From positions 434,001-498,000 of the forward strand of contig OZ374561.1 of the NCBI GenBank assembly GCA_977862235.1: a stretch of DNA of 64,000 nt. The letters run 5' to 3'. Under the pieces are notes generated by a model. It was not told the origin of the DNA. It saw only the letters and a program-made list of their open reading frames with translations, and did no database searches. How positions within the stretch are numbered: the first letter of the stretch is position 1; the number at the start of each line of letters is the position of its first letter. The translations under genes and the position numbers were made by a program. Below are positions 9,682 to 21,780 of the stretch, in pieces. Source of the DNA: Dudresnaya verticillata. Its lineage: Eukaryota.

Positions 9682-12024
9682 ATGGGGACCGAAGTCAAAC
9701 AAGACCCGTCGGCGGATCAAATCCGACAATCAGGAAAAAATGAAACCTTTCAACTAACAAGCGCTCCGCAGCGAGAGCTCTTGCTGCGCACCATAACGCT
9801 ATCCCTCATTTGCTTGGTGTCATTTTCGATTCGCCTTTTCTCCGTCCTGCGGTATGAAAGCATCATTCACGAGTTTGATCCATGGTTCAACTTTAGGAGC
9901 ACACGAGTGCTGGTTGAAGAAGGTTCGTACAAGTTTTGGAACTGGTTCGATTCTCGCTCATGGTACCCTCTTGGAAGAATCGTTGGAGGCACCGTGTACC
10001 CCGGTATTATGTATACCGCCGCCACCATGTATAACATCCTGCACTTTCTCGGTCTCAAAGTCAACATTCGCGATGTTTGTGTTCTTACTGCGCCGATCTT
10101 CTCTGCGTTCACAGCCCTGTCAGCGTTCGCGCTGACTCAGGAAGCCGCCGACACTGCCGCTGGAATCGTTGCTGCCGCAATCATCTCCATTGTCCCTGGT
10201 TACATTTCCAGATCTGTTGCAGGTTCTTACGATAATGAGGGCGTCGCCATCACTGCAATGATATTTTGCTTCTTCCTGTGGACAAAGTCGGTGAACACAG
10301 GATCTCTATTCTGGTCCGGCCTGGCAACACTCTCGTACCTGTACATGGTTGCGTGCTGGGGTGGGTATATTTTCCTCATCAACCTCATCCCGGTATACGT
10401 TTTGGTCATGCTTTTCAGTGGTCGCTATTCACAGCGCCTTTACGTTGCTTATAACACGTTCTACGTGTTGGGATCACTGCTTTCTATGCAGATCCGCTTT
10501 GTAGGCTTCAACGCTGTGCAGACAACCGAGCATCTTGGGGCATTTGGCACCTTCGGATTGCTGAATTTGTACTGCGTAGCTACCTGGGTACGTGGCTTTA
10601 CTGGACGCAGGGTCTTCAACGCGTTTGTCCGCTGGTTAGTAGCTTTGGCGCTATCTATCTTTGGAGTGATTGTCTTGTTAGCGTTTGTGGTTGGCCGAGG
10701 CGGTGGTCTGACCGGAAGAATCCGAACCCTACTGGACCCAACGTATGCTTCCAACCACATTCCAATCATTGCATCTGTTTCAGAGCATCAACCAACAGCA
10801 TGGGGATCGTACTTCTTCGACCTTCACATCACAGTGTATCTTATGCCGATTGGGCTCTATTTTTGTTTCAAGAAGATCACAGATGCGAACATGTTTCTGA
10901 TAACCTATGGAGCGTTTGCTGTGTACTTCTCTGGCGTCATGGTGCGAATCATGCTCGTTCTCGCCCCAGCTGCGTCCATGCTTAGCGCAATCGGAATATC
11001 TGAAACAATGAAGTTTTGCATGCGCTCGCTTCAAGCGGATGATGATGATGACTTCATGGACTCTCCCTCACCATCAGCACCAGGCCCGTCGCAGCCACGC
11101 GTACCTCCGACACAAGGGGGCACCGAAGTTAAGGTTGGAACTCAAAAGGGGAAGAGGACGAAAGTGAGATCGAGGGCAGGAAAAGGGAAGGCTCAGCCTC
11201 AGCCAACTGCAGTGGTTGACAAAGAAGTCCAACCAGGGCCTGAGGTCAAGAAGATTCCTCATGAAGCAAGAGTGATCGCAAAACCAGTTGCATTCTTCAT
11301 GGTTCTTGGGGCATGCTTTCTGCTGTTCCAATACGTTCGGCATGCAATTTGGGCTACTTCTGAAGCATATAGTAGCCCTTCGATTGTGCTCAGCGCGAGG
11401 GGCCGCAGTGGCGAGCGAGTATTCTTTGATGACTACCGGGAAGGTTACTACTGGCTTCGTCAAAACACTCCGGATGATGCGAAGATCATGTCATGGTGGG
11501 ATTATGGATATCAGATCTCAGGGATGGGAAATCGGACTGTTATTGTGGACAACAACACGTGGAACAACTCGCATATTGCAACGGTGGGGAAGGCCATGAA
11601 CTCACCTGAGCATGTCTCCTACAAGATTGCGAGAAAACTTGACGTGGACTACGTCCTCATCGTATTCGGTGGTGTAATTGGCTACAGTAGCGATGACATC
11701 AACAAGTTTCTATGGATGGTTCGCATTTCGCATTCCGTTGATGAGACTGTGCAAGAGAAGGACTATCTAAGTGATTACGGCGGCTATACGGTTGATGAAA
11801 ATGCGGGACGTGCGCTGAAGAACTCGTTGATGTACAAGCTAAGTTACTACCGCTTCGGAGAGGGCGACTCTTCAGGACAGGGAGGATATGACCGCGTGCG
11901 ACAAACGATGGTTCCAAATCCAGCATCCATAAAGTTGAAATACTTCGAAGAGGCCTTCACGAGTGAGAACTGGATAATCCGAATCTACAGGGTTAAGAAG
12001 CCCAATGCAAGGGGATGGGCTTAA
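9682..12024 (+). CDS. STT3: Oligosaccharyltransferase catalytic subunit STT3
   Basis: IIHEFDPWFN, AGSYDNE, SVSEHQP, WWDYG, DNNTWNN, DINKFLWM motifs; multiple TM helices; no introns. Confidence 0.98.
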   Translation: MGTEVKQDPSADQIRQSGKNETFQLTSAPQRELLLRTITLSLICLVSFSIRLFSVLRYESIIHEFDPWFNFRSTRVLVEEGSYKFWNWFDSRSWYPLGRIVGGTVYPGIMYTAATMYNILHFLGLKVNIRDVCVLTAPIFSAFTALSAFALTQEAADTAAGIVAAAIISIVPGYISRSVAGSYDNEGVAITAMIFCFFLWTKSVNTGSLFWSGLATLSYLYMVACWGGYIFLINLIPVYVLVMLFSGRYSQRLYVAYNTFYVLGSLLSMQIRFVGFNAVQTTEHLGAFGTFGLLNLYCVATWVRGFTGRRVFNAFVRWLVALALSIFGVIVLLAFVVGRGGGLTGRIRTLLDPTYASNHIPIIASVSEHQPTAWGSYFFDLHITVYLMPIGLYFCFKKITDANMFLITYGAFAVYFSGVMVRIMLVLAPAASMLSAIGISETMKFCMRSLQADDDDDFMDSPSPSAPGPSQPRVPPTQGGTEVKVGTQKGKRTKVRSRAGKGKAQPQPTAVVDKEVQPGPEVKKIPHEARVIAKPVAFFMVLGACFLLFQYVRHAIWATSEAYSSPSIVLSARGRSGERVFFDDYREGYYWLRQNTPDDAKIMSWWDYGYQISGMGNRTVIVDNNTWNNSHIATVGKAMNSPEHVSYKIARKLDVDYVLIVFGGVIGYSSDDINKFLWMVRISHSVDETVQEKDYLSDYGGYTVDENAGRALKNSLMYKLSYYRFGEGDSSGQGGYDRVRQTMVPNPASIKLKYFEEAFTSENWIIRIYRVKKPNARGWA

Positions 12025-12258
12025 AATGAGTACGACAGTACGCAACTGGCGAGCGCTAGTGAGTCTTGCGATTAGCTAGCTAGCAAGGGTTTGTAAAATA
12101 GTCTTGACGCTATTTTCTTCAAAGTATATATGTATACTAGAGCCATCACTCCAAGCAGCGCCCTTATCATGGGAACATTGCAAAGCGCTTTAACATGGAG
12201 ATACTCTACAACAGAATCTATGTTCCAAAAGTATTACGTGAGCGAACAGGAGACCTCC

Positions 12259-13116
12259 CTAACGACGCAAGAATTTCTTCAAGGAAGGAAGGCGCTTACC
12301 GCGCATAGAGAAACTCATTCTACGACCAAGACTAGGGCGCGGGCTGCCAGAAACGCCAGGCTTCTCATTGTTAGACTTGTTAGGATCCGGATTGGAGGGG
12401 TCGGGAGTTAGGTTGAGCACAGTCGGCAGCTTCCGTTCAATTGCTTCGACAGATGGCAGCTCGGTAAGCTGGGCCCTTGTTTTGTTCTCCCCGGCTCGGA
12501 CACGCGCAGAAGGTACACCCGGGGGCGGGGTAGGTTTGTCATTCGTCGAATTCTCAACTGGGGGAATTCTCGGGTCTGCTAATGGAGCCACGCGCGGGCT
12601 CTGTGGAGCAGAAGCAGATGTTCCCAGTTCTGACTCGATATCAGACAGCAGGGATTTCGAAGAAGACGACGGGGTGATTCTAATCCTCAAGTTCTTTGCT
12701 GAATGCGAGCGAGAAACACGACGAGAGTTTGGGAGCCTGGCACGCTCCGACAGATTGCTCTGCTGACGGTCTGCGGAGAGACGGGTGCGCATTTCAGGTG
12801 ACGCAACCTTGTCTGGCAAGGATGGGACTGGCAGCGGGGGCTGGGCTAGACTTGGCGGAAGAGAGTCGTGCATGGAGGCAGTGGAAGGGCGACGACGCGG
12901 GGACATGGCCGGGGCCGCGCCCACGCCGGCCGGCGAGCGGCGGCGGCGAGCCTCATCAGACCACAGCTGAAGCTGACGGGCGTGGTGCTTCGCACGGTCC
13001 GACTCCGAGATGGGACGCTTCGACAGGTCGTCGAGATCCGAGTCAATGTCCGAGTCTGAACAATCGAACGACACCGGCGTGGATGCCTCTGTGAAGTAGT
13101 GGAGCCTTTCGGACAT
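12259..13116 (-). CDS. Ser/Pro/Arg-rich, probably disordered hypothetical protein (285 aa)
   Basis: Long ATG ORF convergent with STT3, low-complexity composition, basic C-terminus. No recognisable domain. Confidence 0.6.
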   Translation of the reverse strand: MSERLHYFTEASTPVSFDCSDSDIDSDLDDLSKRPISESDRAKHHARQLQLWSDEARRRRSPAGVGAAPAMSPRRRPSTASMHDSLPPSLAQPPLPVPSLPDKVASPEMRTRLSADRQQSNLSERARLPNSRRVSRSHSAKNLRIRITPSSSSKSLLSDIESELGTSASAPQSPRVAPLADPRIPPVENSTNDKPTPPPGVPSARVRAGENKTRAQLTELPSVEAIERKLPTVLNLTPDPSNPDPNKSNNEKPGVSGSPRPSLGRRMSFSMRGKRLPSLKKFLRR

Positions 13117-13306
13117 CGTTGCGCGGGTATCAGATAGGACGGCGGCCGTTGTTGTTTGAGGTGCGAGGTGCAGGGTGTCGGTGGTGGGGGCGCGGCGCCT
13201 GTAGGGCGCTTATGAGCGGTTCGCGCTCGAGTCGCGGTCGGTGCGGAAGTCGCTCGAAGGGTCCCGAAGTGCCACGAGTCGCGCGACGCGGCTGCAGCGG
13301 TAAGCA

Positions 13307-13307
<1 letters not shown>

Positions 13308-13340
<33 letters not shown>
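13308..13340. repeat. Poly-G tract (33 nt) followed by (GGC)n and further G-runs
   Basis: Directly visible homopolymer. Confidence 0.95.
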
Positions 13341-13341
<1 letters not shown>

Positions 13342-16300
13342 GCAGGGCGGCGGCGGCGGCGGCGGCGGATGGCGGGGCGGGGGGGTCGGCAGGGGGACGG
13401 ACGAGGGTGCACGAGGCGGGGGTGGGCGCAGGCTACGGACGCAGTTTTAAAGCGCTATGGGCGGGTGCTGAAGGGGCGGCTTGGGCGAAAACAAACGTGG
13501 CACTGCAGGCGGCGCCCCATCGAGGGATTGGAAAAAACGGCGATTCGGGGCGCAGCGGGGCGGCCCAGATCATAGTGGGCAGCTCGAAAAATCACGCGTC
13601 GACCTTCAGGTCCGCCATTCTGCCAACCGAGACGGCCCGGAACGCGCAGCGTGGCGCCCCGGCTTTAACCTGCGCTCGCTGAGTCGCGCCCTTCCGAGTC
13701 GCGCGCACTGGAAGACAAAAGACGCACGCATTTGTGCATTTGTGGTCCTCGTCGGCCATTCTCGCGCTCCGGGCGACTTTGGACGGGTCGACACGCGCGC
13801 TGTCTACTGACTGAGAGACCCACATGTGTCTGTGCCGCGCTTTGGGGAGGCGTCAGGCGACGTCATGTTTGCATTGCGTAATATATGCGGCCAAGTTGCA
13901 TTGGGCGTGGTTGGCGCGCTTTCTAGTGCAATGGGCAGCGGTGGGCGTTCGGGTATCTCTGTTGAACCAGTTTCGGGCAGACCGCACTGTCGGACGCTGC
14001 AGCTCACGGGCCGCCACAACGTGAGAGTGTTTATGGGAGACTTGCAATGCGTGCAGGGAGTGCTGCAGCCTGCCTGCTGCTGCACCCGCACTTCGTGCCC
14101 AGGCCTGGCAACCTGACCGGTGCGCTACTGTACTCTTGCTATGTAAAACCCGTAAAATCTGTAGAACGCAAGAAGCCCTGGCCTTCCGGTGAGAGTCGCG
14201 AAGTCGTGAAGCCGAGCCGTGCGGCACATTCTAGCCCACGCTGACGATATCGAGAGGTGCTGCGACTTTGATTCTGAGTTTTGGTCAGAGACGCGCAACA
14301 TAATCGTATTATACCGCAGCATGTAGGGAGAGACGCGGTGGACCCCCAGCCGGGATTGCTCCGTGCAGAGGGCTCTGCCCCGTTAGGACCATACCCATGC
14401 ACTGCGTAAGCTCGCTATGCACAGGTCAGGGCAACGTCACTTGGCTTCGCGACCAAATGGGAGAGATGTCTCCCGGTAGGATACATGCACAGTTCTAGCT
14501 AGACAATTCTGACTTGGCAGCCCCAACGGGGATTGGAGAACAGTGGACTGGTCATCGCACTCATGCTTTACCGTGCAGACTTGGCTCTCAGGTTGCCCTC
14601 TTTCGTTTCCCCCGGCTTGTGCAAAGTACTTCTGCCGTCGGTTCCGCCGCCCTACTGTACCAGCCCCCCACTCTATACGTAAATTACCCAACAGGCATGG
14701 ATGCAACGGGTCCGGAACCGGAACCGGAACAGAACGGAACCAGAGCGGAACCGCCTTGCAACTCCACAGGTGGAGCGTCTTCAGCCTGGAGTCCTGTAGG
14801 GAGTGGTTGCAATAGACCACGTGTGGAGGCGCCTAGTCTGCAAGCAGAAGCAACCATAGGCTTGAAGCAAGCAAGTGCAAGAAGCTGCTTCAAACAGAGG
14901 GCGAGCGAGAGAGGAGAGGCTACTGATTGCGAAAATACCCCCTTGACGGCAAATTCAGCAATGCAGCTCGGTCTGCGCGGCCAGCAGAGGAGCGCTGCGC
15001 TGCGAGAAGGGGAGAAGGCGTTGGCACTGCCAACTTGGCACGCCGAGCGCGCGGCCAAGCGTGGCCCGATAGGGTCCGGCAGCTCGCGCTGCGCGTGTGA
15101 GCGTAAGAAGATGAGGCGGGCAGACTGGTCCTTGCGCGGACATGAGCGGAAAGTCTCACGACATCAGTGGCTTGCTCGGCGGAGACACACACACACAGAT
15201 ACACACACACTGCGTGTGCTTCGTGCTGCGTCGCTCAGCCGGTTCGCTCGCATCGACAGCGACGGATCGAGACCATGACGACCGTCGCCGGCCTTTAACG
15301 ATACGCAAGTTTGTGCAACACAACCCGTTCGTACACCGGTCTTGCGTTAGCGTACTGGCTATTGTTGCTCGCGCTCTACGCGCGCATGCTCCGCTTTCTG
15401 CAAACGGCTGGCGCTGCTGCTTCGCTTAGCCGTAGCCATCTCGGCGAGCGCTGTCGAGCAGGGAGCAGGCGCGGCGTCTCTCCGGGTCCTGCGGCTTGCT
15501 GTGTTGCTTCCTGCGCAGCAGGAAGCGTCCAAGCCTGTCGGGCAGCACAACGCTGTTACAAACGCGGCCCTATCACGACCGTCAGGCGCAGGAGTTCGAG
15601 CTCGATGCAGGCCGCTGCCAAGCCGCGAGCACCACCAAGTCGGACTGCACAGCATAGCTGAACGTCAGGCGAAGCAGGCGAACGTTGCCATTGGACTGAC
15701 TGACTCGCATTACACTCGGACGAGCTACTGTGGAGAGATTCGGTAACCTTTCGGACCCGATCAGGACCTCCAGGGGTGCGCTTGGGTCGCAAAACAGCCT
15801 ATCGCTGCGGGGCAAATCACGGAGATGTGTAGGACAGATGTGTCAAGTGCGAGTATTTCGCGCGCAAACCGTTGGCGGGCGGCTCCACACACAACGCACA
15901 ACTTAATCCAAACGCTATTTTGATGCGATCTCCCACGTCGGCAGCCGCTCACACGTACTATGTGGAACAGAAGCGGCTATGACTGGATGAGATCATTGAG
16001 AGTGAGAGTAACAGGCGACGTTCCGCCCGCGAGCTCTGCCTTGCACAAGCGCGACTGCAGCAGCGGCATAATGATCGTCATCATCAACGTCAGCGGGGCA
16101 GGAGTCTCCTACTGTCAGCGCTGTTCGGTTATTGCTCCCGTGCTCGAGATTGTCCTGCGTGTGGTTGTGAGCGTGAGCGTTCGACACCCACAGTCGCATG
16201 AGCACGATCGCATGAGCACGATCAGACTTGGCTCCCGGAGTCATGGCGTGAAGAGGACCAACAGAACGCTTATTAAATATCGCGGGACGTCTGCGCCGCT

Positions 16301-17916
16301 TCCTTGCGAGTCCGTTGCGATACTACAAGTAGGTTACGATTACTTCAGAGTAAGCTCTTGACTTGCAGTGCTGTTTTTGCTCTTAATTGCCAGTTGAAAT
16401 TTTCAAAGAGTGTGGTCCACTGCGTCAGGCTGTCATCTCAATGCGCATCTCTTTCAACTCCCCACCTTTTTCGCGTGACTCTCGTACCCTTTACTAGTCA
16501 AATCTGAACAGTATCTGAACAGTATCGAAGGTAAACAATTGCTTGTAAAGCCTCCAGCAGCTGACGATAGTACCTCTGGGCGCGTCACCTTCGATGAAGT
16601 GCGTTTCGCTACACAATTTACCATGATTCTATTTTCTGTCCCTCGAAGGTCGCTTATCCCCTTTTACAGCCTCCATCATGGATACAAGTAGAAGAACACC
16701 CGCTACCCACGTTTCGCGAGCCATCCTGAGTCCTGCGCTTTATATACCTGGATACATATTTATAGCAGGTGAGAATGCGCTTCCGTCCCACAACAGTGCT
16801 GTTGTCCATCTGCATTTTTTTGTTGTTCTGTGGACACAAAGCACTAGCGCCAACTCGTGCGATAGGTTGCATGATAGTGATGTTCTCCTTTTTCATTTGT
16901 TGGTTAGGTCGGTGCTCTGCACAGCGATACGGTAGCAAACCGGAGCTATTCTCTAAGTGCTATTTTTGCTGCGATGCTGGGCGCAACACCTATTTTCGTT
17001 CCGAGCATCTCCAGCTTCTTACATTTTACAACCAAGAGCTCGATAAGAAATGCAGAAAAAAGAAGCCCACGCAAAGGGACCGATGCCTGATGAACGTTAT
17101 GCGTTGAAGGTACAGTCCAATGCAGATTTGGAAGTTCCTTCCAGGAATCCAGCTATGTTGGTTCGAACTCCAAGATCTCAAGTAATAGGGAATATTGAAC
17201 ATGAACTTAATTTTCTTCTTTCATTACACAAAAACCGCCCGAAAGGAATGCTAATGTGAAAGAGCATTAGAGGAATCGCACTGCATTGAAAAATCGTAAA
17301 GCCCTGCTTTAGCGTTACTCAGCCTTATGAATTCTGTGCCTAGAGTAGTTGTCCATTTCTAAACTTTGGGAAGGAACACGGTGTGCAGCACGTAGTCCTG
17401 CCCTCCAGCGACGTTGAACCCTCGGTCCCACCTCCACACGTTGCGCCGAAAAGTATAACACAATATGTAGTCTCCAGGATATTCAAACTCGGCAGCTACA
17501 GTCAGCAGGGAGCCTTGCGCAGCGCGGTGGTGACCCATTTCGATAGGGAACCGGGGAGAGAGAGAGAGAAAGAGAGATAAGCTTGCGGAGAGCGAATATC
17601 GAACCATCTGCCCCTGTGGAGGCGCGATTTTTGCAGAAGCCGAGCTGCTGCGTCGGCACCAGGCCCAGAGCATCTCATGCAGTCCCCTTAGACCACATGT
17701 TCCATTCCGAAGGGATACAGTACAGTACACCAAATTTGACTGTTAGCCGATGTTAGCATTGCAGATTAGCTACCTTGTCGTAAAAACGCATTCATTGAAA
17801 CGTTTAAAGATGTTGCTTCGGTATGGTACGTACAGGTACCTTCCAACGTCTGACCGTGACTGCACATGACCGTAGTTCTAATCTATCCGCTAGTACTCCC
17901 GGCCCCATTGTGCACC

Positions 17917-19437
17917 CTATCGAATAGGTTGCGGGTTCATAAAGAAGTTCTTTGGATCATAGCGTTTCTTCAGTCTTTGCAACCGCTTGAGGGACCTACC
18001 CCAGTATGCCTTGGCATATTTCTTCTTGAGCTCAAGCTCCGGATAGTTGACATACACACCCATCGTAAACTTCTTAAAATGACCTCGCATCCACTTGTAA
18101 GCAAAGTCCTTGTCCTTTTGGCTACCGCCACCGACGATGTAATGGGTTATCACATTCGCAGCTCGGAACGCGAATGCGTTCTTTCGTTTCTTGTCAACTG
18201 CGTTATTGAACAAATTCATCTCACATACTACCCAAGGCACACTGGCAGCGCTTCCAGGTTTCTGGCAAAAGTTGACATACTTTTGCCAGAAAGACTTGGA
18301 CGGCTTCTTGTTCATCCTAAGGAACGTGGATTGATAAATGCGATCATTCGCAGACCCATAGTCTTTGCCTCGCCAATTTAGCATGGCCGAGAAAAGGTTC
18401 GGAGCACGGAAGTTTCCCCAGCCTCCTTCGGGTCCGAAGAATGCGTGCACGGCTAAGGCATTCCCTGTGAAGGACGTATGCTTGGTGACACGACCTGGTG
18501 TTCTAAAGAATGGCGCTTGATTCAGACGATTCAAGCATTCTTGTACATTCTTCACTTCATAACAGGCTCCATAGCCAGCCACACCGCGCTCTGTATTCTC
18601 CAAGCGAATCTCAATCCTGAACCAGACATTACCTCCAAACTCGCCGAAGTTTTGCCACTTCTCAATCAATTCCCCTCCCCTCTCCTTCGGCCACAAGAAA
18701 CGGAAGACCACGGAGCGATCAAACGGGCCAGAAGCTGCAGTCCTCCACCTGAATGCAGTGACAATACCAAATTGTCCTCCTCCGCCACCACACATTCCCC
18801 AGAACAATGGCGCACGACTAGATGATGACACGACAAGAATCTTGCCGAAGCGATCAACCAGACGTAAAGACAGCATAGAGTCACATGCCAGTCCAAGACG
18901 CCCCTCGTACGGGCCGTGTCCGCCTCCCAAAACGTACCCGGCAAAACCAACATTGGGGCATACCCCAGCTGCCATCCACCGGCCGGACTTGTGGAGGTTC
19001 CACAAGACCTCGCCCATAACAGCTCCTGGCTCTATGAGAGCAACGCCACCAGGCTGCATGGAGACCTTGCGCATTTTTGCAAGATCTATGAGCAGACCTT
19101 TGCACTGATTGTGTCCAATGAGTGAGTGGCCGCCGGAACGTGCGCAGACTCGAATAGAGACAGACTGAGCGCACTTGACGAGGCGGGAGACCTGGAATTC
19201 GTTCAGAGCTTCGGCGATTGCTACAGGCACGGCGAAGTTATTGACAAAGGAGTTAGTCTTGAGGCGGTCGTAGTTTTGGTTTCCCGACGAGTAGACAGGG
19301 ATTCCGCCTCCGACACATTTCCGGAGGTCTTGGATGCGGTCTGCCGAACATCGGGAGCATAGCACGAGGAGAAGCAGAAAACTAGCACAGCGAAAGGAAG
19401 AGGCGCTCCTCGTCCGGGCAACGCGAGGGGTTGGCAT
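17917..19437 (-). CDS. Secreted FAD-linked oxidase of the berberine-bridge-enzyme-like (carbohydrate oxidase) family
   Basis: Signal peptide FLLLLVLCSRCSA; ARSGGHS (His-FAD); AGVCPNVG (Cys-FAD); GGGHG; LFWGMCGGGGGQFGIVT; C-terminal YVNY...YWG...LKKRYDPKNFF. First ATG at 19437. Confidence 0.93.
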   Translation of the reverse strand: MPTPRVARTRSASSFRCASFLLLLVLCSRCSADRIQDLRKCVGGGIPVYSSGNQNYDRLKTNSFVNNFAVPVAIAEALNEFQVSRLVKCAQSVSIRVCARSGGHSLIGHNQCKGLLIDLAKMRKVSMQPGGVALIEPGAVMGEVLWNLHKSGRWMAAGVCPNVGFAGYVLGGGHGPYEGRLGLACDSMLSLRLVDRFGKILVVSSSSRAPLFWGMCGGGGGQFGIVTAFRWRTAASGPFDRSVVFRFLWPKERGGELIEKWQNFGEFGGNVWFRIEIRLENTERGVAGYGACYEVKNVQECLNRLNQAPFFRTPGRVTKHTSFTGNALAVHAFFGPEGGWGNFRAPNLFSAMLNWRGKDYGSANDRIYQSTFLRMNKKPSKSFWQKYVNFCQKPGSAASVPWVVCEMNLFNNAVDKKRKNAFAFRAANVITHYIVGGGSQKDKDFAYKWMRGHFKKFTMGVYVNYPELELKKKYAKAYWGRSLKRLQRLKKRYDPKNFFMNPQPIR

Positions 19438-21780
19438 GGTGGCTGGCTGCAGCTGTGTTCGACCTATGCAGGCGGGTGCTTCCGCGCTTCCTCCCAGTAG
19501 AGACACGGATTTTCCGCGTTAAATGGGACCGACCGCTTCCCATTTCAAAGCTGGAGCACGACGCGGCAGATTTGCTGTTACCAGCGATGGGCTTCGCCCT
19601 TGTAAGGCTTCTGAATCAGAACTGCTGAGCTCATTGTTGTCACTCAGGACCACGTCATGCAGGCACACTCTCAAGCGCCTGTATGACGTCGCGCGGAGAA
19701 CGGCTTGCAGCCATCTGTGGGTGTTGAACAGGTGTGGCAGTGGTGAACAAGTGGACTCTTTTGGCGTGGGTTTCTTTCTTGGGAAAGCCCTTGGTTTTTG
19801 TATCAAAAATGCTCATATCAACGTATCAGTGTGTGCAACGAAGTTCTGAAAATGGTAGCTCATTGGACGTTATTGCGAGGACGAATGGAACACAAGGGGG
19901 CGCCAAGCTTCAAGATGCTGACGCCGCGCTCACTTGCTGCCCCACAGCGTTCGCGCACGTGGCGAGCCATCATCATGGCGATCATGTTCACGCAGTGGTG
20001 AGCGCTTGCTCTTTCTCGCCTTTCTGAGAGAGTCAAGCTGAACGCCAGTAATGAAGGTTGTTGTCCTCGAGGAACTGGAGCAGTGTGAGACAGGCGCCAC
20101 CGCTACTCGCTTCAATTCACAAGCCGCGCCAAAACTCGACCCGCTGCCGGGAAGCTCTGCATGTGTCGCTCTTGAGAGGGTACTCCCGCGCCTTCATGCC
20201 TTCGTTCCCTTCGTCGCTCACACTAATACTTGACTAATGCTAGGCAAGCGGGGCTTTTGCTTCAAGTCAGCTTTATTGGCAGATTATGCTCAGCGCACCG
20301 TGCTCAATGCCATTTAATATGGCGCATCTGTTTCATCTCGAGATTAGAGTTTGACCAAATCCTACATTCCTGTACGGAAGCAAAACTCGCGGGACGGGAT
20401 ACCGTCCACCATCCACAGTCTAACAAGCTCTCACGTGAGAAATGCTTGCGTCTTATCCAGCGACTGCAACAAGATGCAGATACACTTTGCAACGAAATAC
20501 TGCACCAGACTTGTTCAGGACTATGGACACGGCCAAAACTAAACCCAGCGGGATCAGGTGCTCTACTTTTTCCTGGAATCCCAAGGAACGCAAACGTTCA
20601 TAGCTGGCCCTGTCAATCGCGATATTGGCGATGTCAGGCAGGCTGCAGTCTGAGCCAAGAAAGCATTGTCCATAGTTCCTGAGGCCGGATGCATGAAGCA
20701 TTGTACAATCTTGTCAGCACGCTAGTTCTAACCCACTTGTAGGGATCCGTTATAGCGTCAAGACTTGTTTCACATTTGTGATTGCATGATAATTGAGGGC
20801 GAGGCACTGTGAAGTCACAGCAGTATTGTGAACAAGCTTGTGACTGGGCTCGACCTTGGATCGCTGTCTTCCTTTGTGCCGTTATCCAGTAGCAATGCAA
20901 TCGTCAATGCAAGACGCGCAGATGCTAGTGCCACTGCCACAAGCTTCTGCTGTCACAAGCTACAGGTGCCAGTGATGTGTGCCAGCCAGCTTCGTGCAGA
21001 AAAAGAAAGTGGTGCTGCTGGCAGTATTGCCCGTCGCACCACCACTCTTTCTTTTTTTTTCTTTTTTATCTGCGTGGGGTAGAGCAGAAGCACGCCACGT
21101 TTCTCAACGAGGAGGCTCTAGTTACGGGGCTCATGCTATGACAGTGGGACCCTTGTCCTGTGGTTCAACTTCAATCACGACGTGTAGTTGTGGTCCACCG
21201 ATCCATAGCATTCTTCATCATCCAGGTGGCGAAGGGCGGGAGGATGCTGTGTCTTTGTGAGCAACGTTCCGTTCTGTTCCTGCGTTGGGTGGATGCAATG
21301 TGTCCAGCACGCAGAGGGATGCTAAAAACGGCATATACCAGAAAGGAGGTCATTTCCGGCCATGAGCGACCTGCGAGGACCTCGCCCACCAGGCCTGCTC
21401 CTAATGAACCCCTGTTCGGCTCGATAGATGGTGCCAATATTTATCGTCTCGTGACATAGCGCCCTGACGAATATAGACACGATAGCGCAGGCCTGAAGCG
21501 CTTCGATCGCTGTTTCGAGTCGCAGAATATTGTAGGAATACACGCGCACAAAAAGTCTTGCCGCTTAACCTCTGATACAATACTTCTGGAAGAGAACAAC
21601 GGGCACCGTGAGCTTGACAGCTGTGAGGCAAGTTAAACCGAACTCTTGGCAATCGTTTCAACAGGCCTTCGCATCATTCCGCTCTCAGATATCTGCAGCA
21701 ATATTGCGCATCGCAAGGGCTGCCTTCCCAGTCCTCTCCATGGATTTTATGCCATAACCGCTGGGCACATGCACCTAACC

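Noticed and set aside
13400..17800. Many 60-250 aa ORFs in a GC-rich stretch
   Set aside because: Compositions are Arg/Ala/Cys-rich and random-like, on overlapping frames, with no domain. Probably noncoding, although a small spliced gene cannot be excluded.
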